From Azolla caroliniana (Eukaryota; Plantae; Polypodiophyta), in NCBI GenBank assembly GCA_043228905.1, contig JBHGNT010000007.1:10230001-10294000 (forward strand): a DNA stretch of 64,000 bases. Direction: 5' to 3'. The notes below the pieces were generated by a model. The model had not been told where the DNA came from and made no database searches. It saw nothing but the letters and a program-made list of their open reading frames with translations. Numbering within the stretch: position 1 is the stretch's first letter; every line of letters starts with the position of its first letter. Below are positions 1 through 12,678 of this stretch, in pieces. The position numbers were made by a program, and so were the translations under genes.

Positions 1-383
1 ATCTCTCTCTCTCTTGGCACATACCGCTGGATGTGCAGTTTCGTGGGGGTGGAGGTCGTGGGAAATTTTGGTTACAAAGTTAGACACGTTGGAACGGGTG
101 CTTACACTATTGAAGACCAACATTGAGTCTCTATGTAGGAACACATGTAAATAACGTAGGACTAGAACATGGGAGTTAATGGGTACTTTAAGGTCCCACA
201 TGGATAGAGAGGAAGGTAGTGAGTCTGACATGAGGAGATCGAGGAAATCTCTATCCGAAGCGGCCGACTTAACTACCTGATGTGACAACCCGCTCTCTCC
301 TTGGTCTATAAAAGGAGGGAGAGACGACTGAGTAGAGGGGCGGATTTTGAGCTCAGGACGAAGTGCTTCCAGTCTGAGTGTCG

Positions 384-429
<46 letters not shown>

Positions 430-905
430 CCCGGTTCTGGAAGGAAACCTCTACTCGCGTAGGAAGCCTGTTAGCTCCCGACCAAAGGTTCTACATTCCA
501 TTTCCCTATGCGTGTGAGTGGGTGCAAGCGTCTCTCGGGAACGCTACGATTTGTCACCGGTTGTGCCCGGTTGTACTCCTTGGTTCTCTGCTAATCACTA
601 GTTGTTGAGTTCCCTCTCGTGTTGGGGTTTCTGCGTTGTTCTAACTTGTTGCGTGTTAACCATGCCCGAGGTCGCGTCTTAGTCCTGTTCCGACCTTGTT
701 GTGTGCACGTCCGAGTCTGCAAGCCCATGCGCTTGCCACTACTTCTTGGCTCCCCGATCGGGACTGGACCAGCATAGCTATCCGAACCAATCTTGTGAAG
801 CTAACCGAACCGTAACGGGAGCCTCCCTCCTTCCTTTCCAGATCCTTGGTTCGAGACCTTTGCGGTCTCGCCCGCTCTAACACGTGCACGCCGAATATCG
901 CGACA
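1..905 (+). mobile_element. Distal part of an LTR of an unidentified LTR retrotransposon inserted into a copia RT
   Basis: TATA-like CTATAAAAGG at ~307, (CT)n at 386-426, ends ...CGACA at 905. Immediately followed by ACGTGCTTGGAAC, the copia RT motif (P)RAWNAKIT. Left end lies outside the window, so no TSD check is possible. Confidence 0.55.
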
Positions 906-2930
906 ACGTGCTTGGAACGCAAAGATCACGCATCGACTACGTTGGATGGGGTTTGGTCGTCGAAATCAGACTCTTCACTCTTCATCTGGCAAGGTCAGAA
1001 TGGGCCGGTAAGCATTATGCTCTATGTGGATGATCTAGTGATCGTTGACGTTGACCTGGAAGAAATCAAGCGCGTCAAGTCGGAACTCGCAGCATTGTTC
1101 GAAATGAAGGATCTCGGTGACCTTCATTACTTCCTCGGGATCAAAGCGATCCGCACCTCGGAAGGCATATTGATAAGTCAACACCACTATGTGTTTAGTA
1201 TGCTCTTCGAATTCGGTATGATGGAGTGCATGTCCTGTCAACTCCTTTGGATAGGAATGTGAAGCTTCGCCCCGACTCCGGAATGGCATGCGACCCGAAA
1301 TGGTTCCGATAGATAGTTGGAAGCCTTATATATATAACCATCACCTGGCCGGATCTCAGCTATCCGGTGAGCTTGATTAGTCAATTCATGGCGCATCCAA
1401 CCGTGGAGCACCTTTAGTGCGCACACCAAATACTCAAGTATGTTAGTGGCACTAAGGACAGGGGGTTGTTGTATCGGGCCGATATAGGCAGACAACTTGT
1501 TGGCCAGACAGATGTCGATTGAGCCAGAAACGTCGACGATCGATGGTCAACTTTTGGATTCACGTTTTCACTTGGGAGTACTGCAGTCACTTGGAGCAGC
1601 AAGAAGCAACCAATAGGTGCACTATCGAACACTCAGGCCGAGTATTGAGGAGTGGCTATCGCAACGTGCGAAGCCATTTGGCTCAAATAATTATTGACGG
1701 ATCTACATGTGGAGGTGTTCGATCCGACAACGATCTACTGCGACAATCCCAGCAGCATCCAACTAGCGAAGAACCCCATCTTCCACACTAGGACAAAGCA
1801 CATTGAGGTGCATTACCATTTTCTCCGAGAGCGAGTCCTCTCCAGTGAAGTTGACCTAGTGTATGTTCCGATGGATCGGCAGACTACCGACATTGTCACC
1901 AAACCTCTCGGCCTAGACAAGTTGCAACAATTTTCGGGTTTGCTTGGTCTCGAGTACCTCGATATGCCGAACTTGAGGGGGAGAGGTGATGCTGAAAAGG
2001 ATGAGGAGAGAGATGATTATGTTCGAAAAACCGAATCAGATACCGAACTTGATTTCGGTCCGACTGAAGAAGCAGAGGATGGATGGACATGTGCAAAGAG
2101 AATGGACAAATGGAGACTTGTCAAATGCAGGGGAGTGACCACAAAGGGAAACCGGAGCCAAAGCCAATTGAAAAAGGGGGAGGTTAAGCAAAGGAAGTCA
2201 AGAAGACCAAGACACAGACATGGTCCGATGTTGTAAAGGGTCAGAAGATCGAGGTCGAGTTGGAAACAACCAACTCGGACAAGAGCGGGAATGAATCAGA
2301 GACAACCGATTAGGTTAAGACTCGAAGCAAATCGAAAGCAGCCGATTCAGTCAAAATGTTCAATTCAGAGGAGCCGAATCGATTGGCAAAGTGGTCGAAA
2401 GGGCAGTAGAAGTCGACGACGACATGGAGGAGCCGGCGGGTCGAGAAGCGCCATGACCACAACAACAATGGAGCTGACAACGACCAAGGGAGCTAACAAA
2501 CCGTCCGAGAAGGTCGAGGTGCGCAGAATTGGACTGGTCGCGAGAAGAGGAACCAGACCAGATGAGGAGCACGAGCCAGGCAGGAAGACACCATGAAGAG
2601 CTAGAGGAAAGGACCAGCAGACACACATAGCGATCTGACCTCAAGTTAAGCTTGAGGGGGAGTGTTGTGTAGGCAAACTCAACCGGATCTGGATCAGTTG
2701 AATAAGCGAGAGCTGGATCGGTATCTGGAACAGAGAACTGGATAGGTATCTGGATTGATGTCCGAATAGATTAGTATCCGGAACCTAGAGACGGACCGGA
2801 GAACCGGATCGTATTCCAAAATAGTGAGAACCAGCAGGCCGTTAGAGCCTACGGTCTGAGCCTAGTACGTAGGCATATTCCTTGGAGTTAGCGTAAGTCA
2901 CTCGTATGAGCATTGAAGTGCATGCCAATA
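906..2930 (+). mobile_element. Ty1/copia 3' half: degenerate RT-RNaseH, 3' extension, PPT and truncated 3' LTR
   Basis: ORFs with LYVDDL, DLGDLHYFLG and [27 protein letters not shown] at 2652-2662, LTR starts TGTTG at 2663 and resembles the LTR at 4217-4660. Confidence 0.9.
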
Positions 2931-2959
2931 TTTATGTCATTCCTTTTACGAACTTGTAT

Positions 2960-4140
2960 AAAAAGTGTTTTGTAGGAAATTTGTACAAACAGAGTGTTAT
3001 TTTTAATTGAGTTTATGATGTTCTGCTCGCTCTGTCTCTCCCATGTATTCAATTTTTCCATTAAACCTCCGTTCTGTGTTCTGTTGTTATCCAGACTAGT
3101 CAGTTTTTTCTTAGCTTCCACACAATATCCTTTACATTCTTAATATTAGACCAATAGAATTGAGTGGAGATGAAAACGTGTGTGCAATGTATTCCAGGGT
3201 GCCCTGTAGAGGGTGCATCATGGCATTAAAAAAGAATTCTCTTTGGAGCACAAACCTTCCCATTACAGTAGATCAAATCGTTAGCAATATGGAAGGATCC
3301 ATTCGAGGGTGTGGTGATGTTTGTTCTAGACTCAACTCTTGCCTAATATTTTGCAAAAAAACTATCATTAGGATTACTTTCCTCAAAGGTGATCATAAAG
3401 ATTTGTTGCAATTTCAGTTAAGCGAAGCATGTTAACTCTATGGATGCAATTGAGTGCATTTGGGATAGTGTTCATGTAACCTTTATGATATCGTATAGAA
3501 AAATGAAAGTCATGAATGAGATTTGCCCATCATGCCTTACAACCCTTCAAGTCTTGTTGGTCACAAAAATATTTCAAGGACTCGTGCTCTATATTACCAC
3601 AAAACGATTTCCATAAAGATAATGGTGCCATGACTTTAGTGTATGGATAACTACGAATAATTCCTTCTTTTGAACAATATACCTACACTGAGTAGGATCA
3701 AGTTTCTTACTCTCAAATGCTATTGGTTTACCATCATGATATAAAACAGCACCTATAACATAATCACTTGCATTAGTTTCAACCTGAAAAGGATTTAAAG
3801 AATCTGGTAAAAGATGCGAAAGAGCCTTGTAGACCCAATCATTGAGTTCATTAAAGGTGAGTTCTAATGTAGTATTCCATATTATCGATTTTGTAGATTT
3901 AATACACGTTTGACCTTTAAGAAGATTAGTAAAGGGTGACGTCAATTGGGAGTAATTGCAAAGAGATTTTCGCAAAGACTCAACAAAACCAAGGAATGAT
4001 CCAACTTCTCAAATATTCATAAGAGTGGGACAAAGTTTGACTTTCTCTATGCCAAAAGGATCAATTTTAACTCCTCATTTGGTTATGAGATGTCCGAAAT
4101 ATGTAATTGATTTCATGAAGAACCCGCATGTCGAGATCTT
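2960..4140 (-). pseudogene. Ty3/gypsy pol relic (RT end, RNase H, start of integrase)
   Basis: ORF 3589-3975 FQVETNASDYVIGAVL...IAFESKKL...KELFVVIHTLKSWHHYLYG is the gypsy RNase H. Flanks are degenerate and boundaries approximate. Confidence 0.8.
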
Positions 4141-4216
4141 TGCATAGTCATGTTAAGACGAACACACTCACTCTTTTCCAATAAAACAATGCCCTCTTTT
4201 ACATCCCAAAAAGGAT

Positions 4217-4660
4217 TGTAAAAGAATATGATTACAGAAGCTAAGACATAACCGGCTCCAGATAACAAAAGAATATAGACACAGGTTTAATGGAAACCTT
4301 ACACAAGAGAAACAGAGAGAGCAGAAGAGTAGAAACTCAATTCAAAATAATAACATCCCGTACATACAATGTGATCAATGAGCACTTTTATACAAGTTCG
4401 TATACGGACTGACAGAAGTACTGACATGTACTTCAATGCTCATACGAGCGACTGCCACTGACTCCCAAAAGTATGCCTATGTACTAGGCTAGATGCCTAG
4501 GCCTCTAACGGCCTATTGGTTCCAATCCAATCCATCACTCCGATCCGGCTCTTGGTTCCGGATACCGATCCGGATACCTATCCGGTTCTCTATTCCGGAT
4601 ACCGATCCGGCTCTAGCTTATTCAGCCGATCCAGATCCGGTTGAGCTTGTCCACTCAACA
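4217..4660 (-). repeat. 3' LTR of the copia element 4217-8095
   Basis: TG..CA termini, adjacent PPT, similar to the LTR at 55957-56404. Confidence 0.85.
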
Positions 4661-7600
4661 CTCCCCCTCAAGCTCAACTTGAGGTCAGATTGTAGTGGTA
4701 GTGTCTGTGGTAGCTGGTCCTCTCCTCCGGCTCTCCCTGGCATCCTCCCACGTTGCTTGCGCTCCTTGTCCGGTCCGGTTCCGCGCATCTCAACCTTCTC
4801 GGTCGGCTTGTCTGCTCCTACGGCCCTTTTAGCTCCCTTGTTGTCACGGTGTTGGTGCCCCTCGACCTGTTGGCTCCTCCATCTCGACGTTGTCGTGATG
4901 TTCTGTGTCCAATGGGAGAAATTGTGAAATAGTGTGGCTCCACACACATGATTATAAATATGAAAATTAGCCTAGGGTCGGATGACATTCAAGTGCATAT
5001 AGAAGGGTGCAAGCAAGATTTGAACCTTGCACTTCTAAGATAGGAAGCAATTATCTTACCACTAAAGCTACTACTAAGTGCTTTAGATTTTGTATATTTC
5101 CTTCTCATATTTAGTATTCCATAGGAAACAAACATACAAAACCATGGTTTTAGCCTATGGTTTTGTGCATGCCACAAGGAAAACCGTGTGCCCGAAAACC
5201 ATGGTTTCAAGCACATGGTTTTGTGCATGAAGAGAGCTATAAAAACCCTAGTGGAGCTTGTGTAAAGGGGGGGGATCAATCAATGGATGAATTAAATAAT
5301 CTATGGATCAATCTATGTATCAAATCGAAAATTAATAATAAGAAAACTTAGTTATCTTATTGGTGATATGCGTTTATCTATCTATCTATCTTAAAAATTC
5401 CTCAATTTATTATTATTTTTTCTCTCTCTCTCACTATAACGACATTAGTGCATCACTTCAGCCGCCCATCATCAATCCTCCATAACCACTAGCGGATAGA
5501 GGCTCAGTGCTTGTCCGCGCTTGTGACGCACACATCCCGACGTTTGGCACGTGTGTCACGCGCCACGCAACAACGTCGGCTTCGGCTGCCTTTTAGTCCG
5601 CTTAGCCTTCAGCTATAAATCGGCTCGGGTTTAGGTGGAGAGAAGTACCAAGATGTCGATTCATCAAAAACGACATCTCGGTTAACTCGGACCGCTTTCG
5701 ATCGGGGATTATAACACTTATAACCCTTCTGTTCATCCGAGTAGTTGACGAGAATGCACTTTTCGGCTTTCGCATCTAACTTCCTCTGTTTTTCCTTCGG
5801 CACATGCACATATGCAACGTTACTAAACACCCGAAGGTGTGCCAAATTCGGCTTCCGCTCGAAATACAGTTCGTGCGGCGACACGTTTGTCCCTGAGGTA
5901 GATATCCAATTCTGGATGTAGACGGTTGTCCAAATTGCTTCCGCCCAATAAAACTTGGGCATGCTTTTCTCCTCAAGCATCGCCCTTGACGCTTCTACCA
6001 GTGTCCTATTCCAACACTCGGCCACACCGTTCTGCTCCGACTTGTATCTGCAAGAGAATTCCCATTGGATTCCCTTCGTCTGTAGATAGCTCATGAATTG
6101 GTTGGAAAAGTACTCTTTTCTGCCATCCAATCTCAAACACTTGATCTTTCTTCCGGTCTAGCGTTTGACAATGTTCTTAAAATCCCGGAAGCACGAGAAG
6201 ACTTCTCTTTTCTTCTCGATTAGATAGATCCAAGTTTGTTGGGTGAAATCATTGATGAAGAAGACGAAATACCGACTCCGACCGATGCTCACGTTTTGTG
6301 CCAGTCCCCACACATATGAATGGATGAGATCAAGCCAATTCTTCTCGTTGGGGAATGGAAGCCTATGTTGCTTGCCGAGCTAGCACGCTTCACATATTTG
6401 GCCTTTCCATCCACTGAACTTTGGTAGTTCGGAAACCACTTGTTTCGACTACAGCTTGTGAAGCTTTCGGAAGTTTATGTGGTTGATCCATTTATGCCAC
6501 AAATCAATGTCTGACTCGACTTTTTGCCCTTTTGCAAACATAACGGTGCCAACATCATTTGTCTCGAGGATAAACATCCTCATGTCTTGGCGCCCTTGCA
6601 CGATGACTTTGCCCTCTTTTTCGATGAAACACCCGAGATGTGTGAACCAGACTTGCATCCCTTGGTCGACAATCTGTCCGACTAACACAAGAATCTTTGT
6701 GATTATCGGGACGTGCAGGACGTTCATCAACTTTCCCTTCTACCCAACGTGGCTGAGAGGGACCTTACCAATGTGCTTGATGGTATGAGGAGTGTCGTCT
6801 CCTGTTTCCACAACTCCCAGTTGCTCCGGTTTCTCTAGGAATGAAAACCATTCTTCATGGCTCGTCATATGGTTCGATTTTCCGGAGTCAACATACCACA
6901 CTTCCTTCGAATTGGAAGTGGTCTTCTTCATCAAATTAGCTTTTTGTTTCATCACAAAGATTAGGCTTGTTCCATTTTCGGAATCGGATTTTTCCGATTC
7001 CTTGGTGTAGTGCGAGCTTTGTTGGCTTCCTCAACCGGCATATCCGGATCCGGATTTGTCTAAATCGACGCGCTTCTTCCAACACTCGCTCTCCATGTGG
7101 CCCATCCAACCACAATACCAACATTCCATTATGGTTTTCTTTTGTTGGTTTTCGGCACCACTTTGACTCCCCCTGCTTGTGGAGGGTCCGGAACTGTTGT
7201 CAACAACATCCTTGTGCCTTCAGTTCAGCTCTTGTGGGCCGCTTCCACCGCGTGCCGATCCGCCTCGTCCGCCACGACCACGGGGCTGATCCGCCTCTGT
7301 GTACAACATCCTGATGTCGATGTGTGTGCTCGTTGATGCACCCGCATGGTTCTCCTCTACAAGAAGCATCAACTATAAGTCGAAAAACGAGGGTGTATTC
7401 TCCCTTGTACAAACCGCCGCCCGGAATGCTCCGAACTTTGACACTAGGCCCTCGAGATAGACCTCCCCATCTCATCTTCCTCGATGGTTACGTTGATAGA
7501 GGCAAGTGAGTCGCAGATGTCTTTGATCCGGGCCGTATAGTTGGCCACCAACATGTCCTTCTATCGGACATTGGTCAACTCCTGTTAGAGTTGCAGCTTC

Positions 7601-8095
7601 TGGGCCGTGGTGCTTGTGGAAGACCTTCTTCAAGTTTCCCCAAGCTTCCTTTGGCGTCTTGGTGTCCCGGATATGGCTCAATAGTTGATCGCCGACACTG
7701 GACGCAAAGTAGTACATAACTTTGCTTGCCGCTTGTTCCCAAGTCAGGAAGTCCCTGTGTGCCCCATCAGGTGCCGTATCATTAGCTCGGTTGACATAAC
7801 TCCAGTAACCGTGCCTGAGTAGGTACTTGTGCAACTTGTACGACCAAGATGCATAGTTGGATCTGTTGAGCTTCTCTGTCGAGAGCGAGCTAGCCATTCC
7901 TTTATCCATTCTAACCTTGTTTCCTATTCTCTATCGGGTGTTAGGGTTTGTCTTCGGAAATCGCGTGTCACCTATCGGTTCCAATCCGATCCGACTCTTG
8001 GTTCCGGATACGAATCTGGATACCTATCCGATTCTCCATTCCGGATACCGATCCGGATCTCGCTTATTCTTCCAGTTGAGCATGTCCGCTCAACA
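4217..8095 (-). mobile_element. Internally deleted Ty1/copia element with AGGAT TSD
   Basis: TSD AGGAT at 4212-4216 and 8096-8100. 3' LTR 4217-4660, PPT 4661-4671, Gag MDKGMASSLSTEKL (7909), protease WYVDSG, integrase 5609-6730. RT/RNaseH absent; 5' LTR reduced to ~7970-8095. Confidence 0.9.
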
Positions 8096-8174
8096 AGGAT
8101 GTATATATACATCCAAGGCTAGGGTTTGGTTGGCTTGTCCTATTTCACACCAGGTCGGCCAATAACATATATCA

Positions 8175-8935
8175 TCAACATAAGAACAAATAGTAGAAGA
8201 TAAACCCATCTTTGCGTACATAAAGTGTGCTTGCAATTGTACCACATGTAAAAACAAGAGTAATCAAGTGCTTATGTATTTTCTCATACCATGCATGTGG
8301 AGCTTGCTTAAGTCCACCAAAAGCCTTTGCAAGCAAGAAACATACCATATGTTCTTGCCCTTTGATGCCAAATCCAAGAGATGGTTTCAAACAAACCTCT
8401 TCTTGTAAGTCAGCATTCAAAAAAGCTACTTTTACATATAATTGATGGACTTTCCAACCATACTTGGCAACCAATGCAACCACAATATGAATGGTAGTCA
8501 TGCGTGAAGTAGTTGGTTTCCTCATAGTCAGTGCCAGGTTTTTATGCATTACCTTTTGCAATGAATCTGCCTTTGTATTGATCAATGCTACCGTCTAACA
8601 TTCTTTTATTTTTGTAAATCCACTTAGTACCAATGGCATTATTCCCTTTTGTCAAATCACATAACTCCCAAGTCACATTCTTTTCAATTGAATTCAATTC
8701 TGATTGCATTGCATCCGTCCAATTTGAATCATCATTTGCATCTTCAAAAGTAACTGATTCTTCATCACATGCTATTGCAGTAAGAGATACATCCACAAAA
8801 TCACTTGATGCATCTTTTGAACTAGTTGTTGGCTGAAATTCGCATTCTAGTATAGGATAAGGTGAATTTTCAGCAAATACCACATCTTCACTTACAATAA
8901 TATTGTCCTTCAATGGATGATATAGTCGATAACCT
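8175..8935 (-). pseudogene. Ty1/copia RT fragment (different family)
   Basis: ELNSIEKNVTWELCDL, IGTKWIYK, YKGRFIAKG and GLKQAPHAWY motifs with frameshifts. Confidence 0.85.
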
Positions 8936-9745
8936 TGTTGAGCAGAGAAGCTCAACATGGGCAAGATTAGCTGAAGTAGCCGAAAGCCGGATCGGTCTTC
9001 AGGCCCGAATTGGTTGAATAAGCCAAGAGTTGAGTTGAATGTGGGTCGATTGGTTGGTTGAGTCGGATGGAATGTGACAGACTGTTACGGGCCTATATTC
9101 CTATTTTAGTAAATAGGAACATTATAGGCTACGAGTGTCAGTAGCTCAGTTAATGAGCTTCAAGTACCTGTCAGTACTTGTGTCAGCCCACTTCTTGGGG
9201 CTTCTATGAGCACATTGTATGTACAGAATTGGTTGAATAAGCCAAGAGCTAAGTCGAATGTGGGTCGATCGACTGGCTGAGTTGGATGGAATCTGACATG
9301 TCGTTAGTGGCCTATATTCCTATTTTAGTAAATAGGAATATTATAGGCTACAAGTGTTAGTAGTTCAGTTAACGAGCTTCAAGTACCTATCAATACTTGT
9401 GTTAGCCCACTTCTCGGGGCTTCAATGAGCACATTGTATGCACAGAATAGAGAATACTTTCTAATAGAAGTTTTTGTCTACTCACTCTATTTGTCTGTCT
9501 CTTTCATCTCATCTCTGTGTATAACTAACTATTGTATTCCCGAATAACTGACAATGTACTCTGTGTCTCGCACAATGCTTACGCACGTATCTTTTACATG
9601 GTATCAAAGCGCGAGTGTTAGAAGAACCTTCTGCTACCGACAAAGCGAATCAACACAGAGACAGATTTTCCTTCCGAACAACAAGAACATGGACAGAGAT
9701 ATGGGTAGCTCCCTTCCAATAGAGAAGCTCGACAAGAGTAACTAT
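8936..9745 (+). mobile_element. Ty1/copia 5' LTR (8936-9598), PBS and truncated gag start
   Basis: Starts TGTTGAG, ends TTTTACA at 9598. tRNA-iMet-type PBS TGGTATCAAAGC at 9599-9610. Gag start MDRDMGSSLPIEKLDKSNY at 9689. Internal 219-bp tandem duplication. Confidence 0.85.
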
Positions 9746-10149
9746 AACACGTTCACATTCATGAGTGGAAGGATCACGCATAAATGGAAGGATAAGGAAT
9801 ATTCCATTTGATTTTAGTACTTTTTTAGTGATAATACAAAACACATTGGTACCAATATCATACATTCTCAAATATACTATGAAAAAGGTTTAAAATCCAC
9901 CATTTTCGTGATTTAAAAATAAATAAATAAAGTGAAATTTTAAAAAGTTATATTCTCAATTTATATCACAAACTTTACGACCAATGTTTTATTATAAGAA
10001 ACGATATTCATAGGAATCAAAAGAATTCAAAACATATGCTTTTATATTACTCAATTTGTTACAAGAGGAAAGTAGTTACACTTAATAGCCAAAAATACAT
10101 TCATGATCACTCCTTTATGGAGAATCACTACTATAACTAATATACAATG

Positions 10150-11372
10150 AGGATTCCTCCTCGTCATCCTCGGATGTACCAATCATTGCATTATCTTCAT
10201 CATTTCTTCCTCAAAGTTCAGCCCTTGGGAGGAGAGTTCGGCCAACAACCGGCTAAAGGTGTTGATGTGGGAGGTTGCCGGCTCCAACTCCTTCATCTTC
10301 ATATTGAATCATTTCTAGATAAATATGAGTCTCGATGAAGAGGATTTTTTCTCATGTACAACCTAGAGCTTCTCCCACAAGGCAAATGTCGATGTCTCTT
10401 TCGCCATGCTGAAATAGACATTCTCGGCCAGATGCATCCCATTGGTCAATCTAGCTATGTCGTCCAAAGATCTCCATCCTTCAAATATCTCCATCCTTCT
10501 ACCATCATTGAAGTCAGCTTGTTGTGTCGTATAGCTTCAATTTGACGTTGGATGATGAGTACATCCTGCATCATCTCCTTCCACAAGGCAAATTTTTTGC
10601 CATCAAACTTCCGGATTTCCACTCCTATGCCGAATGTTGAAGCCATGTTCTATAGGAAGTGAGATTTGTTGACCTAGTCTTTTCTTTCCGCCGATTCTTT
10701 CTCCTGATGTTGTAGTTGTTTTTGTTGCCAAACCCTTCAAGCTCTAATACCAGTTGAGGAACAATGTGTGTGTCTTAGCCGGCTGATGCGTTAGTGAGTC
10801 AGCTTTATGCAGGGACGCAAATAGGATCTTGTATTTGGATCAAGCAAAGCAATAAGGTGTAGCAAGTGAGGAGGAATCAGATTCCATATGCAACTTTGAT
10901 ATTGAACAAGAAGATGATGGTTACACAAGGAGAGAGAGAGATTGCTCAAGAGACACAAGTTGACATTAACCACCCAACTCTTTGTTTACAAGAATAGCTA
11001 CCTACTTAAATAGTTAGGTTAACTGTGTTCACACTAGCGATACAAGTTTGGGCAGAGTCGGCCTTTTATGCCAACAAGCCAGTTGTAAAATTTAAGAGAT
11101 AATGAAATTACAATTCAAAAATGGAATTGTGTCACCAATTAGTGTCTAAGTAAGAAATATGCCAAGAGACACAGGTTGACATTAACCACCCAAGTCTTTG
11201 TTTACAAGAATAGCTACCTACTTAAATAGTTAGGTTAACTCTATTCACACTAGAGATACAAGTTTGGCCAAGTAGGCCTTTTATGCCAACAAGTCAATTG
11301 TAAAGTTTAAGAGATAATGAAATTACAATTCAAAAAATGGAATTGTTTCACCAATTAGTGTTAAGAAATATG
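10150..11372 (-). mobile_element. Ty1/copia 5' fragment: LTR, PBS and gag N-terminus
   Basis: PBS TGGTATTAGAGC at 10741-10752 (minus strand). Gag MASTFGIGVEIRKFDGKKFALWKEMMQDVL from 10646. LTR runs from 10755 and holds a 216-bp tandem duplication; outer boundary uncertain. Confidence 0.75.
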
Positions 11373-11377
11373 TCACC

Positions 11378-11500
11378 AGTATTTGGCATCTAATTAAGGA
11401 ATTGTGTGCGTATTTAGCATCTAATTAAGCAATTGTGGGGGTATTTCACATCTAATTAAGGAAATATGCGGGTATATAGCATCTAAGTAGGGAATTGTGT
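11378..11500. repeat. ~30-bp minisatellite (GTATTTAGCATCTAATTAAGGAATTGTG-like), about 4 copies, with degenerate copies to ~11750
   Basis: Repeated CATCTAATTAAG core seen directly. Confidence 0.75.
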
Positions 11501-12441
11501 AGTTGTTTGAACAAATATAGTTTCATCAGCATCTGTTTGAGAAAATAGATAGCTAATTAGCACCCAATCACTGAAATATATAGATGACTAGCATCCTATG
11601 TACAAAATATACAACTGATTAAGGAAATGCAGAGTGCTAATCAAGGAAACATGTAGTAATTATTGTAGAATTAAGGAAATGCGGATTTCATCAGCATCTA
11701 ATCAAGAAAGCATACAGCTAGCTAATTCGCATCAGAGTAAGGAAATCATCGAGAGAGAGAGAGAGAGGAAGAAACATGGGGAGGGATTCCTGACAGCCAA
11801 TTTGTTTTGGGTTCCGTTTTCTGTTTTTGGTAAGTTTTTAAAAAAACAAATACTTTTACTTGTATTTGTAATTCGTATGCGTTTGTGGGGCGAATATGAC
11901 AATCTATAGACTATGACCATCGTATCTGAAAAGAGAGGATGGATGGATCATGGATCAAATCAATGGAATTGTATTCTTCATATATAATAATAAATAAATA
12001 CATATATATATATTATATACGGTACACATCTATCTCTCTATCTAACTAACTAAAAATCAGATATAAATAAGCATATGATGTTACAATCTAATCAAACCTT
12101 ACATGACAAGCCAAATTTCGTATGATATAAAAAACCCAAAAACGAAAAGGAATGTCATGGTCCAATTTGAATACTTGTTGTTCTATAATATCAATTCACC
12201 ATGTTCATTTGTGAGACTGATCCTGCATATCATTTGTCTAATCGGTCATCAATGATTTTATCAATCAAATCAGCAGACATTCAATATATATTATCATTGA
12301 GTGGAATCATTTGTCTCAATTCGATGTGTATGTGGTTACCAAGCAAATGTTGTTTGATTTTTTTGCCATGTTTCTTTTGGCTTTGGTTTTGCTTCTGCTT
12401 TTTTTTTTCCCTTCTGATTTTACCTTTCGCTCTTTCTTATA

Positions 12442-12678
12442 TTAATGTAGCGCCATTGGAGCCTCATTTGTAACACTAGCCACCGGAGTGTTACCTCGTG
12501 ACATACGTTTTGTGGCAACCAAAGGGGGGTCTTGGGTCCATATATTGCCTCCACATTCTTCATCATCATCATCATCTTCTCTTTGAAATGCCGGATGTAA
12601 GTATGTTCCTTCTAAATAGGCCCGAATATCAAAGTTTGGATCCATTGCTCGTTCCCTCGTATCTTTAGCCATAGCCTC
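12442..12678 (-). CDS. OSCA coding exon 11 (terminal)
   Basis: EAMAKDTRERA...YLHPAF...LVATKR, stop codon at 12442. Confidence 0.9.
   Translation of the reverse strand, partial: EAMAKDTRERAMDPNFDIRAYLEGTYLHPAFQREDDDDDEECGGNIWTQDPPLVATKRMSRGNTPVASVTNEAPMALH

Noticed and set aside
4151-8167. Possible short solo LTR (TGTTA..TAACA) hosting the AGGAT copia
   Set aside because: Flanks AGTCA and TATAT give no TSD.
11378-11750. ~30-bp repeats resembling a CRISPR array
   Set aside because: Head-to-tail degenerate minisatellite with no unique spacers and no cas genes, in eukaryotic DNA.
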